A DNA stretch of 64,000 bases from a bacterium. GTDB taxonomy: Bacteria > Electryoneota > JAOADG01. The notes beneath the pieces were generated by a model that worked only from the letters and a program-made list of their open reading frames with translations, made no database searches and was not told the origin of the DNA. The stretch spans positions 1,184,001 to 1,248,000 of the forward strand of contig OY820579.1 in NCBI GenBank assembly GCA_963681965.1. Reading direction: 5' to 3'. How positions within the stretch are numbered: position 1 is the first letter of the stretch; every line of letters starts with the position of its first letter. Both the position numbers and the translations under genes were made by a program. Below are positions 41,897 to 53,700 of this stretch, piece after piece.

Positions 41897-43342
41897 ATGA
41901 AGAAGATGATACGGACTGTGGTTTTGCTTCTCATTGTTATTGGTATTGCAAATGCAGAATCAGTTCAAGACTCATTATCAAATCGAATCGCCGATCTAAA
42001 GGGACAGGTCGAGGGAATAAATGAAACGGTGCTTGCTATGCAAAGCACTGTCGATGCGTTATCGAAGATTAAATTCTCTGGTTACCTCCAAACACAATTT
42101 CAAGTAAATGGGATGGATGGTGGTAAAAATGTCGCAGGTGGAGATTTTACAGCTAACACGCATTCACGGTTCCAGCTTCGCCGCGGTCGGTTAAAGGCGA
42201 TGTACGATAACGGTCTTTCGCAGTATGTGATCCAGATCGATGTGACTCCTGCCGGTGTCGGCATTAAAGATGCTTATGTCACGATCAAGGAACCATGGTT
42301 GAAGTGGGTATCGCTGACGAGTGGTGTTTTTGATCGACCGTTCGGATTCGAAATTTCGTATTCCTCGAGCAGTAGAGAAGCACCTGAACGCTCCCGTCTA
42401 TTCCAAACGATGTTCCCGGGAGAACGAGATCTCGGAGCCAAAATCGAAGTTAATCCCGATAAAGGTCTACTGAGTCACTTTAACCTAAAGCTTGGTATCG
42501 TAAACGGTATGGGTCCGACGACTACAAACCTAACAACTTATACTAGCACCAGCACCCCAAATCATACAAATTCTTCTACTGCAACGGACTCAATTAAGTC
42601 GGTTTCAACAACAACCGTAACGAACTCATCTTCGAGTGTTTTCGAAAACGACAACATCAAAGATCTGATCGGACGAATCGGTTTCACCGCACCAATGGTA
42701 GATCAAAATCTCGAAATCGACGGTGGTGTGTCTTGGTATCAAGGAAAGGTAACATCCAATTCACCGGATGTTTACTCTTACGAAAAATCTCAAAAAATGT
42801 ATGTCAAAAAGTCCGATGCAGCGAATATTAACAAGCATTTCGATCGTAGCTATCTCGGACTAGATGTACAACTTTACTATGACTTACCATTCGCTCAGAA
42901 TATGGGATTTTCGCTGCGCGGCGAATATATCTCCGGCAAGCAGCCCGGAACCAGCGGATCCAGCGGTTTTTATAACCCATCTTCAAAAGCAGATGTGCAA
43001 GCCCTTTACAATCGAAATTTCATGGGCTATTACGTCAATTACGTGCAGAACCTAGGTCTAAAGAATCAACTGGTTGTCAAGTATGATGCATATGATCCAA
43101 ATACCGATGCCAGCGGATCGGATATCGGATCGACCGGTTCCAATTTGAGTACTACCGATATCGCCTACAACACTTTGGGAATCGGATTGGTACACCACTG
43201 GGATAGCAATGTCAAGTTCACGCTCTACTACGATATCGTAAAGAATGAGACCGTGAATAGTGCTGCTTCCGGAAGTTTAGCTACACTTAAAGATGATTTG
43301 AAGGATAATGTCTTAACCCTGCGCATGCAATATAAGTTTTAA
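41897..43342 (+). CDS. Phosphate-selective porin-like outer membrane protein (OprO/OprP-like)
   Basis: Signal peptide, coiled coil, IKFSGYLQTQF, FQLRRGRLK, IKDAYV, FPGERDLG, C-terminal QYKF; first gene of pst operon. Confidence 0.75.
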   Translation: MKKMIRTVVLLLIVIGIANAESVQDSLSNRIADLKGQVEGINETVLAMQSTVDALSKIKFSGYLQTQFQVNGMDGGKNVAGGDFTANTHSRFQLRRGRLKAMYDNGLSQYVIQIDVTPAGVGIKDAYVTIKEPWLKWVSLTSGVFDRPFGFEISYSSSSREAPERSRLFQTMFPGERDLGAKIEVNPDKGLLSHFNLKLGIVNGMGPTTTNLTTYTSTSTPNHTNSSTATDSIKSVSTTTVTNSSSSVFENDNIKDLIGRIGFTAPMVDQNLEIDGGVSWYQGKVTSNSPDVYSYEKSQKMYVKKSDAANINKHFDRSYLGLDVQLYYDLPFAQNMGFSLRGEYISGKQPGTSGSSGFYNPSSKADVQALYNRNFMGYYVNYVQNLGLKNQLVVKYDAYDPNTDASGSDIGSTGSNLSTTDIAYNTLGIGLVHHWDSNVKFTLYYDIVKNETVNSAASGSLATLKDDLKDNVLTLRMQYKF

Positions 43343-43365
43343 ACTGTGGGATGAAAGGAAATTCT

Positions 43366-44187
43366 ATGCGATCATTACTTTTAATAGCCGTCCTGCTGAT
43401 TGTCACTTCATTAGCGATCAGCGGTGAAACGATCACTGTCAAAGGTTCCGATACGATGGTGATTCTGGCGCAACGGTGGGCGGAGCGATATATGTCTGCC
43501 AATCCGGATGCTACCATTCAGGTCACTGGTGGCGGTTCCGGTGTGGGATTGTCGGCACTGATCAATGGAACAACCGATATCGCTAATTCATCGCGACCGA
43601 TTAAATCGAGCGAACGTGAAAAACTAAAGCAGCGATACAATACTCTTGGTGTCGAAGTGAAAGTTGCTCGCGATGGTCTTTCACTTTATCTGAATGAAAC
43701 GAATTCCATTAAGGAATTGTCACTCAGTCAGATTAAGGATATCTATACCGGAAAGATCAATAATTGGAAACAAATTGGCGGACAGGATGCAAAGATCATC
43801 CTTTACGGTCGCGAGAACAGTTCTGGTACTTATGTCTATTTCAAGGACAATGTCCTCGAAGGAGCCGACTTCACATCTACGATGCAGTCGCTTCCCGGTA
43901 CGGCAGCGGTAGTGAATGCGGTATCGAAAGACAAAAATAGTATCGGTTTCGGCGGTGCTGCCTATGCGAAAGGCGTTAAGTATGTAGCGGTCAAGAAAGA
44001 TGCTGGCTCCCCAGCATACGAGCCGACCGAAGCCAACGTCCGCAATGGCAACTATCCCATCAGCCGGTTTCTATTCATGTATTTGCGCAGCAAACCGACT
44101 GGTGCTGTGAAAAAGTACATTGATTGGATCTTGAGTAATGATGGTCAGAAAGTGGTGGTCGAAACCGGTTACTTCCCGATTCGATAA
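43366..44187 (+). CDS. pstS: Phosphate ABC transporter substrate-binding protein
   Basis: ITVKGSDTM, GGGSGVG, DIANSSR, GRENSSGTY, YPISR; alternative start 43351. Confidence 0.95.
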   Translation: MRSLLLIAVLLIVTSLAISGETITVKGSDTMVILAQRWAERYMSANPDATIQVTGGGSGVGLSALINGTTDIANSSRPIKSSEREKLKQRYNTLGVEVKVARDGLSLYLNETNSIKELSLSQIKDIYTGKINNWKQIGGQDAKIILYGRENSSGTYVYFKDNVLEGADFTSTMQSLPGTAAVVNAVSKDKNSIGFGGAAYAKGVKYVAVKKDAGSPAYEPTEANVRNGNYPISRFLFMYLRSKPTGAVKKYIDWILSNDGQKVVVETGYFPIR

Positions 44188-44190
44188 TCC

Positions 44191-45219
44191 ATGAAATTTA
44201 CAACTGCAATATTTCGCAAGCCGATATACCTAATCGATTTCACTGCCGAAGTGGTGGTGAAATCGGTTGCGTTTATCTGTTTGATCACCATCTTTCTGAT
44301 TTTTGTGTTTGTCTTTCGGGAAGCATATCCCCTATTCTTTTTGAAGCAACAAAAAGCAACTACGCAACAAGTCGACCAGTCCGAAAACTATGGCGAAGAC
44401 AGTACAACGGTTTCTGCAACCACTATCCAACGTGATGATCGGGAATCGTCGGAACCGAGATTTACGGCTGGTCAATTGGCTGGAACCGAGTGGCAACCGG
44501 TATCGGGAAAGCCTCTCTTCGGTCTTCTACCCTTGCTATGGGGAAGTTTCAAAGTCACGTTGATCGCAATTCTGCTAGCGGGTCCGATCGGTATTCTTGC
44601 AGCATTATATACTACTCAGTTTGCTCCAAAATGGATGAAAGAACTACTAAAACCGGCAATCGAACTGTTAGCCGGGATCCCATCGGTGGTGATCGGTTTC
44701 TTCGCATTGATCGTGCTTGCAACACTGTTTCAGAAATCATTGGGACTCCAGTATCGACTTAATGCATTCACCGGTGGTGTTGCTTTATCGTTGGCAGTCA
44801 TTCCGATTATTTACACAATCACTGAGGAAGCTTTGAATGCCGTTCCGAAGAATCTTAGCGAAGCGGCTTTGGCACTTGGTGCGACGAAGTGGGAAACGGC
44901 TTTGAATGTTATTCTACCGGCAGCAACTCCCGGTGTAGTGGCATCCCTTATTCTCGGGTTTGGTCGCGCGTTTGGTGAAACGATGATCGTTCTACTCGCT
45001 ACTGGAAATGCCGCAACACTTTCCTTATCGCCATTCGAACCGGTTCGAACACTAAGTGCTACGATCGGTGCCGAGATGGCTGAGGTGGTGTTCGGAGACA
45101 CGCACTATGGTGTATTGTTCTTCATTGGAACCTTGCTCTTTCTTATCACATTTACTTTGAATGCCGTTACCGAGTTCTATGTCCGCAAGAAATTGTTAAA
45201 ACGGTTTCGGGGGGCATAA
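44191..45219 (+). CDS. pstC: Phosphate ABC transporter permease PstC
   Basis: [37 protein letters not shown]. Confidence 0.93.
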   Translation: MKFTTAIFRKPIYLIDFTAEVVVKSVAFICLITIFLIFVFVFREAYPLFFLKQQKATTQQVDQSENYGEDSTTVSATTIQRDDRESSEPRFTAGQLAGTEWQPVSGKPLFGLLPLLWGSFKVTLIAILLAGPIGILAALYTTQFAPKWMKELLKPAIELLAGIPSVVIGFFALIVLATLFQKSLGLQYRLNAFTGGVALSLAVIPIIYTITEEALNAVPKNLSEAALALGATKWETALNVILPAATPGVVASLILGFGRAFGETMIVLLATGNAATLSLSPFEPVRTLSATIGAEMAEVVFGDTHYGVLFFIGTLLFLITFTLNAVTEFYVRKKLLKRFRGA

Positions 45220-45222
45220 CGA

Positions 45223-46137
45223 GTGCGATTAACTACCAAAAAGAAAATCTATGGATCGCTGTTGCTTGCAATCAGCGCTGGTTCGGCATTACTAGTAATC
45301 GGTGTCGTATTATTCATCTTGGGAGATATCGCCATCGGTGGATACCGACACATCACCTGGGAATTTCTGACTACTGTCCCAAAAGAAGGGATGACTGAGG
45401 GGGGAATCTTTCCCGCGATCATTGGGACATTCTTACTAGTACTAATCATGTCGATTGCAGGAATCCCAGTAGGTACGATTACGGCGATTTACTTGAGTGA
45501 ATATGCGAAACAGACTTCAATTTGGGCACGATTGATCCGATTTTCCGTCAACACTTTAGCTGGTGTTCCATCCATTGTCTTTGGATTGTTTGGACTCGGT
45601 TTCTTCATTCAGTTTGCCGGGCGAGGAATCGACTCGGTTTTTCTCGATGGAAAACTCCATTGGGGACAACCCAATATTCTCTGGGCAAGTTTGACGATGG
45701 CGCTTCTAACACTCCCGGTAGTTATCGTGTCGGTGGAGGAAGCACTTCATAATGTGCCTCGCGAACTTCGTGAAGGTGCATTGGCACTGGGAGCAACTAA
45801 GTGGCAGGTGATTTGGCATGTGGTCATTCCCAATTCTCTTTCCGGAATTATGACCGGAGGGATATTAGCTGTTTCGCGAGGAGCCGGGGAAGTTGCGCCG
45901 ATACTATTTACCGGTGCTGCTTACTTTCTTCCGAAGCTGCCAAAATCATTCTCGGATCAGTTTATGGAGTTGGGGTATCATGTGTATATCATGACCACCC
46001 AGTCGACCGATGTCGAAGGAACGCGCGGTATTCAGTATGCGACTACACTGGTGTTGCTGCTGTTGACGTTTTCCCTCAATTTTTCCGCTTTTTTTCTTCG
46101 CTATCGGATGAGGCAAAATAGAATTCAGAATATTTAG
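45223..46137 (+). CDS. pstA: Phosphate ABC transporter permease PstA
   Basis: [42 protein letters not shown]. Confidence 0.93.
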   Translation: MRLTTKKKIYGSLLLAISAGSALLVIGVVLFILGDIAIGGYRHITWEFLTTVPKEGMTEGGIFPAIIGTFLLVLIMSIAGIPVGTITAIYLSEYAKQTSIWARLIRFSVNTLAGVPSIVFGLFGLGFFIQFAGRGIDSVFLDGKLHWGQPNILWASLTMALLTLPVVIVSVEEALHNVPRELREGALALGATKWQVIWHVVIPNSLSGIMTGGILAVSRGAGEVAPILFTGAAYFLPKLPKSFSDQFMELGYHVYIMTTQSTDVEGTRGIQYATTLVLLLLTFSLNFSAFFLRYRMRQNRIQNI

Positions 46138-46139
46138 GA

Positions 46140-46919
46140 GTGGAACACTTGACGAAATCGAAACTCGAATTACGGATGAGCAGTGATAAACTATCGGTAT
46201 TCTACGGCAAGAAACAAGCGTTAAAAGAGATCACTCTCCCGATCTATACCAATCAAGTTACTGCGCTGATTGGACCTTCCGGTTGCGGTAAATCGACTTT
46301 TCTACGGACTCTTAATCGGATGAATGATCTAATCGAGAATATTCGTATTGAGGGAATCATTGAACTGGATGGGTCGGATATCTATCGTAGCCAGATCGAT
46401 CTTGTGAATCTGCGGAAGCGGGTAGGAATGATCTTTCAGAGATCGAATCCATTTCCAAAATCGATTTTCGAAAATGTCGCATTCGGACCGAAACTATACG
46501 GAATCCGCGATCGCAATGAGTTGTATGAAATTGTCGAGCGAACTTTAAAACAGGCAGCACTTTGGGAGGAAGTCAAGGATGATCTGAACAAGAGCGCACT
46601 TGCGCTTTCAGGAGGACAACAGCAACGCCTTTGCATCGCCCGGGCGTTGGCAGTGGAACCTGAAGTATTGTTGATGGATGAACCTGCTAGTGCACTTGAT
46701 CCCATCGCAACAGCTCGCATCGAGGAACTGATTGGTCAATTGAAAGCAAAATATACCATTGTCATCGTGACTCATAACATGCAACAGGCTGCGCGCGTCA
46801 GTGATCGAACCGGTTTCTTCTATTTGGGTGAATTGATAGAATTCGATGAAACCGTTAAAATCTTCACACATCCCGGCAAGAAGCAAACTGAGGACTACAT
46901 TAGTGGTCGATTTGGGTGA
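46140..46919 (+). CDS. pstB: Phosphate ABC transporter ATP-binding protein
   Basis: [50 protein letters not shown]. Confidence 0.96.
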   Translation: MEHLTKSKLELRMSSDKLSVFYGKKQALKEITLPIYTNQVTALIGPSGCGKSTFLRTLNRMNDLIENIRIEGIIELDGSDIYRSQIDLVNLRKRVGMIFQRSNPFPKSIFENVAFGPKLYGIRDRNELYEIVERTLKQAALWEEVKDDLNKSALALSGGQQQRLCIARALAVEPEVLLMDEPASALDPIATARIEELIGQLKAKYTIVIVTHNMQQAARVSDRTGFFYLGELIEFDETVKIFTHPGKKQTEDYISGRFG

Positions 46920-47148
46920 TCTATCACATAGTTAATCTATATACCATTAATGAGCTCAACAGAGACCTAAATAGTCCATGATTTATAAATTGGTTCTGTA
47001 TCAAGAAAATTAATTAAATTCTAATGCTAGCTTTTTGATAAAAAGTGCGCATATCCGTTCCAGATTCTCGTGCGAGTAATTGAATTATTCTTCGCTTTCT
47101 ATTGAATGGAAGTAAATTTTATCCCGAGAAATTGAAGACTAGGTTGCA

Positions 47149-50100
47149 TCACTTCATCAAGATTAGCTTCCTTACTGCATGGTTTTTACCAGCATGGAAA
47201 GACAACCAATAAATACCACTGAGATGATCAGCACCATTCCAGCGAATAGAGTGTGAACCGGCTGACAAATACCCCTGCAGTAAAGTACTAATCAGTCGTC
47301 CGGTAACATCATAAACCTCAATCTTGACAGCAGACTGTACCGGTAGATTGAAACGAATTGTTGTTTCTGGATTGAAGGGGTTGGGGTATGGGTCATGCAC
47401 AAAAAAAACGGTCGGGAGTTCATCGGTTTGCTCTGCAATTCCATCAACTGAAGTAATAAAATGGTTCGTCGCTGAGTACTGTCCCTCGCCGCTTGCATTT
47501 GCGCCACATACGTTCCAATAATAGTTCGTATTGGATTGTAACAAACGGGTCGAGAAGGTTAGATGCGAAGTAGTATCGTTAATTACTGGGGACCAGAATT
47601 GCGGGTCATCATCAACCTTGATCCGGTAGTAATTAGCATTCGTAGCAGCTTGCCATGAAAATTGCGTCGGATTAATCGCCACATTACTTGCACCGTTGGA
47701 CGGCAAAGTAAGTATCGGGACAACTGGTAACGTTTCCGAGATGGTGGTAAAATAGAACGCTTCAGACCAATTAGAGTAGCCTACCCGATTTCTCTCGCGG
47801 ACATGCCAATAGTAGGTCGTTGAATAGGATAAGTTAGAACAGGTAACATTGTTCGATCGAAGATTTGTATAGTTCCTTACATTCAGATCAAATGATGAAG
47901 ATGTCGCGATTTGTAGTTGACAAGTATCGGCAGTTGGTATCACGCTCCAACTTAACGTTGGTTCAAGCGATACATCGGTCGCTCCATTCGTCGGTGTTAC
48001 TAATGTTGGCGGATTAGGTACCGTTACCGAAACTGTCGTAAAATGAAATGTGTTTGACCAATTGGATAAGCCGATATGATTTCGAGCCAGAACTCGCCAA
48101 TAATAAGTCGTCGAATTTGCAAGGGTGATTGAAGAGCATGTATAGGAATTATTATTGATATAATTTGAATTAATCAAAATCGAACTAAAATCTGGTGAAC
48201 TTGACAATTGTAAATAATACGTACTGGCATTGTAAATTCGATTCCAACTTAACGTTGGAGACAGCAATACACTGATAGAGCCGTCTTCAGGCGAAACTAG
48301 CTCGGGAGGATTCGGGGTAGTTTCAGCGTTCGTTGTGAATTGATAGACTATGGACCAATTAGATGTGCCAGCAGAATTTGTTGCTCGAACGCGCCAATAG
48401 TAAGTCAATGAATACAATAACCACGAGACATCGTAATGAGTCTGTGTTAGACCTGTAACATCATATGGTAAATATAAAAAATCGGATTCAGTTGAAATCT
48501 GAAGCTGATAATTCTGAGCATTAGCAACTGTATTCCAACTCAATGTTGGCCAATTCAAGATATTTGTCGCGCCATTCGCTGGTGAAATCAATATTGGTGG
48601 GCTTGGAAATCCAATCGGAAGTGTTGTAAAATGATCGCTGGTCCACCCTGAACTATCGGTACTGTTTACCGCTCTTACACGCCAATAGTATGTAGTCGAG
48701 TTATTTAATGTCGTACCGGTATAACAGGTATCCGTTAGGTTGGCTTGATTGATAATTAAATTCGTAAAATTCGATGATGTTGATAGCTGAAGGCGGTAAT
48801 TCAACGCACTTATCATAGCTCGCCACGAGAACAATGGAATAATAGGAGTGTTGATCTCATTACTGGATGGTGCAATTAGGATCACCGGGTCCGTTGAAAT
48901 GTGTGGTGGTTCTATTACAAAGTTAGTACTAGAAGTGGTGCCACTCCAGATCGCTGCAACTTGATTTCTACTGTTGATGACAGTTTCCAGAAACGAATGA
49001 TTGGTACTGGAAACACCATTTCCCTGAGACAATGTTCCGTTATTTACCCAACTAGAACCATTATCCGTAGAATGCCATGAGGAAATCGATGAATTGATCG
49101 CCCGAAAATAAGCAGTAAGCGCTAATTTTCCAGTAGAACCGATAGCTAGCGACGGCTTCCAATAAGGATCAGTCGAGCTGGAGAAGGGCTCTGGAGTTTG
49201 CCACGAATTTCCATTATTGCTACTCACTGCACACAAGACTTGTGAGTAGGAAGCGCTAGTGTATTCGGAAGCAACAGCTACGACACCTGATTTCGCACCG
49301 ATCGAACTTGATTGTGCAGTACCATCAGAGTTATATATGACTCTAAAGATAGACCAGGAAGACGCCACTATATTTTTTGAAGCGACATAAACTCCTCCGG
49401 GCCATGCTGAATAGATCGTGGAAAGAAGAATCCGTCCATTGGTTACTGCAATCGATTTGGATCGTGAAGAATTTATCACCCCATTCGTGACGAATTCCAA
49501 TGCTGACCAGGAATTACCGCTATCGGTAGTGCGTGAATATAATAGTGAGTCGTGAGCCGTTAGCGATAAATAAAATTCAATTTCGTCACCCGAACGCTCG
49601 AGTTTGTTGGAACAGATTGAAACAGATGGAATAATTGTTGTGTTATGGCTGTAGATCGTAGTGGCATTCACGTAGTTACCGGATGTGTCCCAATGAGCGA
49701 TCATGACACTCGTTGAATTATTCGTAGTATCGTTGATCGCCAGCGCTACCAGTAAAGTGTTACGACCATTTGAAATTTCCACTGCGGGAGTACCGACAAT
49801 ATTGCCATTAGGGGCATTGGTTGTACATAGCAAATTCCATGATTGACCGAAGTCGACCGATTTATAAATTTTAAGCCAGGAATTGTGAGCGTGTATTCCA
49901 CCATACGTGCATACAGTCGCATACATGACATCATTTTCGGCAATGGCAATATTTGGTGCATAACCGGTTGTGTCTAAAACAATCACATTTACTTCATCAG
50001 TCGAAGTGACGGTTTGAGAAGAGGAGTGAATTGAGTGATTCGAGCGAGATTGCAAGATTGGATTGAAACTAGATTTCGCAGGAGTCGATTGGGATTGGGA

Positions 50101-50217
50101 CATCACCGATGACTTTTTTGTATTCCGGTCGACAGGGATTGATTGTGAGACCGGAATAATAGCGAAAAGACCAATAGCTGAAATTAATAACATCCATAAA
50201 TTCGGCGACAATTTCAT
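47149..50217 (-). CDS. Secreted protein: Asp-box (BNR) beta-propeller + ~5 FN3-like repeats + C-terminal sorting domain
   Basis: Signal peptide; SxDxGxSW boxes (KSVDFGQSW, RTTDSGNSW, HSTDNGSSW); repeats P.L..P.NG...PTLSW...YYWRV; YPNPFNPET...RKLILMK; GAGGAG RBS. Confidence 0.85.
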   Translation of the reverse strand: MKLSPNLWMLLISAIGLFAIIPVSQSIPVDRNTKKSSVMSQSQSTPAKSSFNPILQSRSNHSIHSSSQTVTSTDEVNVIVLDTTGYAPNIAIAENDVMYATVCTYGGIHAHNSWLKIYKSVDFGQSWNLLCTTNAPNGNIVGTPAVEISNGRNTLLVALAINDTTNNSTSVMIAHWDTSGNYVNATTIYSHNTTIIPSVSICSNKLERSGDEIEFYLSLTAHDSLLYSRTTDSGNSWSALEFVTNGVINSSRSKSIAVTNGRILLSTIYSAWPGGVYVASKNIVASSWSIFRVIYNSDGTAQSSSIGAKSGVVAVASEYTSASYSQVLCAVSSNNGNSWQTPEPFSSSTDPYWKPSLAIGSTGKLALTAYFRAINSSISSWHSTDNGSSWVNNGTLSQGNGVSSTNHSFLETVINSRNQVAAIWSGTTSSTNFVIEPPHISTDPVILIAPSSNEINTPIIPLFSWRAMISALNYRLQLSTSSNFTNLIINQANLTDTCYTGTTLNNSTTYYWRVRAVNSTDSSGWTSDHFTTLPIGFPSPPILISPANGATNILNWPTLSWNTVANAQNYQLQISTESDFLYLPYDVTGLTQTHYDVSWLLYSLTYYWRVRATNSAGTSNWSIVYQFTTNAETTPNPPELVSPEDGSISVLLSPTLSWNRIYNASTYYLQLSSSPDFSSILINSNYINNNSYTCSSITLANSTTYYWRVLARNHIGLSNWSNTFHFTTVSVTVPNPPTLVTPTNGATDVSLEPTLSWSVIPTADTCQLQIATSSSFDLNVRNYTNLRSNNVTCSNLSYSTTYYWHVRERNRVGYSNWSEAFYFTTISETLPVVPILTLPSNGASNVAINPTQFSWQAATNANYYRIKVDDDPQFWSPVINDTTSHLTFSTRLLQSNTNYYWNVCGANASGEGQYSATNHFITSVDGIAEQTDELPTVFFVHDPYPNPFNPETTIRFNLPVQSAVKIEVYDVTGRLISTLLQGYLSAGSHSIRWNGADHLSGIYWLSFHAGKNHAVRKLILMK

Positions 50218-50728
50218 TCTACACTCCTCTATGAAGTGAGTAAGGATTCATTGATAATCAGAGATACCCTTACTGGATCCGCGGCTAGTTTCTTATCGCA
50301 ACCAGTTAATCACCAAACATTAACTTCAATATAATATTCTCATGTAAACTTTAAAACAGAATTTTAGTTAAAACGAAATAATTATTATGGATTGGGATAA
50401 ACAACTAGTTAAATTCCTGTTCAATATACTTTTGGTAGTATTCCTTGAAGCATGAATGAACACTGTGTTGGAACAATTATAATAAAGGTTATCGCTTAAT
50501 GGAAAAAGAATGCCCGCACTAGAACCTCACTAACGCCATTTTGCACACGCAGAATTATCATAATCAATGAAGTGATGGCATCCGAAATGAATGACTTAGT
50601 AAGCTACGCGGTTCTGAATACTTCACCGATGCTCTGCACCTGAAGTGATGTCACACTGGTCACATTCCTGCGTAGCGTAGCCCAGCAGTTGTTAGCAAGC
50701 GTTCGATTGTATCAGTTGCTGTGATTCT

Positions 50729-53700
50729 TTACTTCAGTAATATCGCTTTCTTGGTGGCAATAAAACCCGGTGCCGTAATCGAGATAAAATACACACCAGT
50801 CGAGTTGCGATCGGATTTCCATACAACCAAATGTTGTCCGGCAGTGGTCATACCTTCGTGCAAAACGGATACTTTTTGTCCGAGTGAATTGTACAACGTG
50901 ATCGTAACGAAGTCTCTTTCCGGTACATCGAATTTGATATTTACCGATGTGTTGAAAGGATTGGGATACGCCGGGAATAACTTGAAGCTGCTGGGAATAT
51001 ATTTGCTGTATCCGCTTACTGGAATCCGTAATGTATCGCTGTCGATCGCATTCGATACGATTCCGACGACTCCGGTGAAATACCCCGGCGCAATCGGTTG
51101 GAAATAAATGTGAACCGTAATCGAGTCGCCCGGTTGAATCGTCCATGAATCGCAACGGATGTAAAATGGTGGAGAGTCGATCATACTAGTAATCACTATA
51201 GGAGTATTACCGCTTGCACGCAATTTAAAGCTGACGGAATCCGCTTGCGCAGTATCGGACGCGGCAGGGAATTCGATCGACGGTATTGATGCTTTGGCGT
51301 AGCTTCCCAGTCCCAATCCCGTAACTGGTAATGCAATTGACTGGTAAGGACTCTCAAATGTTAATCTCACCGTATCGACCGATTGCAGTGAACTGTCAGG
51401 TGCGAATATTACCCATATCAGCAGAGAGTCGTTACTCACTGTAAGTGAATCGGTGTCGGGAATCAGCACCGAGAAGATTGCAGGATAATTGCATGAAGCA
51501 GAATAATATCGGAATGGTAAATTGCTTCGATTGGCGATCTTGAACATCAAAGAATCGGTAGTACCAACGCGTGTACCGGTAAAACTCAGCGTATCCGCCG
51601 ATTGATATAGATGGGCTTGCGGAATGATCGCAAAATCGTTATCGGAAGTATCGCCATAGGCATATTGCGTCATTCCACGTGCCAGCGCGCGAATGCGTGA
51701 CGAATTGGAAATTGGTGCCGAAACCGGATCGAAGATCCATTGCCCCGCATCGGTTGCGACCGAATCGACCAGTGTTTCCCACGAGCCAAAGGGGTAGTTT
51801 CGATTCAATTCGATGGTGATCCCGTACGGTAGATAAGTTCCGCTAAAGTGAATTGTATCGCGCAGACCAACCGCGAAGTGTTCACCGCCATTCGGTCGAA
51901 TGAGACTCACCGAACGTTGTACGATTGAGAACGACGAGTAGGAAATCGCGTTAACATACGAGTACTCATTACTTCTAACTCTAATCCGACAGTTGGTAGA
52001 TGTTACCACAGGAGTCCAACAATAGTAATTGTGAGCCACATCGATTGGGGAAGCTAGAGTCAACCATGTTCCCGTCGGATAGTTGGAATTGACTGCGATC
52101 GAAACCGTGCCAGTAAGATTTGACGCTGTCCATCGGATCGTATCCTGTTCGCCGCGATAGTAAGTTTCACCGCCATTTGGTTGAATGAGACGCACCGAAC
52201 GTTGAACGATTGAGAACGACGAGTCGGAAATCGCTTCAACACTAGAGTATTCATTACTCCTTATCCTAATCCGACAGTTGGTTGATGTTACTGCAGGAGT
52301 CCAACAATAATAATTGCGAGTGACATCGACTGCGGAATCCAGAGTTAACCATGTTCCAGCCGGATAGTCGGGATTGAATGCAATCGAAACCGTTCCGGTC
52401 AGATTTGGTGCTGTCCATCGGATCGTATCCTGTTCGCCGCGATAGCAAGTTTCACCGCCATTTGGATGGAGTAGAGCGATCAATGAAGAGTGAATTCGAA
52501 CATTCGTAACAAAAAGATCCGGACCATAACCATTACCGGAAACAAGTGCAAACTGAACATACGGTTGACCCAAGCAACCGGTTCCTGCAAGCGAAATCGA
52601 AGCATGACCCCAGGTACCAACTGTCGCTGGTGCGTTATAACTACCCCCTGTACCGGCTGGGAGCGAGTCATCGCCAGTGCCGCGTCCCCAGCGCTTCCAG
52701 ATGGTTGACCAGCTAGCTCCACCATCCAGTGTGTATTTGATCATTAACGAGTCATTATAACTATAATTGTACTGATGTGACCAGTCGAAATCGAAACTGG
52801 CGGAAGTAACGCCAACTGTCGTAACAATCGGGGTTATCAGATAATCCATCTGATCTTGTGAAGAATACATCCACCAGTTCATATGTGCACTGTACGGAGA
52901 ATTATACTGAGTCCAAGTAATGGCCGAATCGGGATTGATAATCATCCATTCCGCTGGTGGAAAAGGACCGCTGAAGTTTTCTATAATCGGTAGGTTATGG
53001 ACTGCCATTGCCGTACCGGTTACGTTGATTATTACCGGGTTATTGATTGCATTGGAGATAAACGTTAAAGTACCGGCAATTGCGCCACCTTGAGTAGGCA
53101 ACCAGATGAGGTCAATATTCTGAGTACTACCGGGAGCGATCGTTTGCGAATTCCAGCTCGTGGTTACTGCGGGATTGCTGGAAGCGACATAGGAAATTAA
53201 CAATGGCGTGCTACCGGTATTTCGAACCGCATAGGTTAACGTTGCTGGCATTCCAACTCTATGAATTCCGAGATCCGCAGAAGTAATCGGTGTCGCCGAA
53301 GATGTGGTTGTGAACGCTAATGTCGGTAATGACAAGGTCGAACCGTTCACTGCGGCAAATCCAGTGGAAGTCGCATTTGCATTGGTTGAGAATACACGAT
53401 ACCAGTAATGAGTATTGGTCGTTAAGCCCGCATCCACAAACGTGACTATACCCGAACCGGCATGTGCGGGAAGAGTTGAATTGTAATAAAAAGTGATACC
53501 ATCTAATGAGCGCTGAACGATGAAACCAGTTTCGTTAGCCGAATTATCCCGGAATGAACCAGTTATCGTAGACAAGGTTGCTGCGACAAATTGACCATTA
53601 TCTGGAGCATTCGGTGCAATACCTCGACCGGATTGGAATGACCAGGGAGGACCGGTCATAACTGTCGAACCCATGCGGGAAGCAACGCGCCAATAGTACA

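Noticed and set aside
50649-50664. CRP-like site TGTCA-N6-TCACA
   Set aside because: Single mismatch hit ~430 bp from the next start codon with no supporting context; may be chance.
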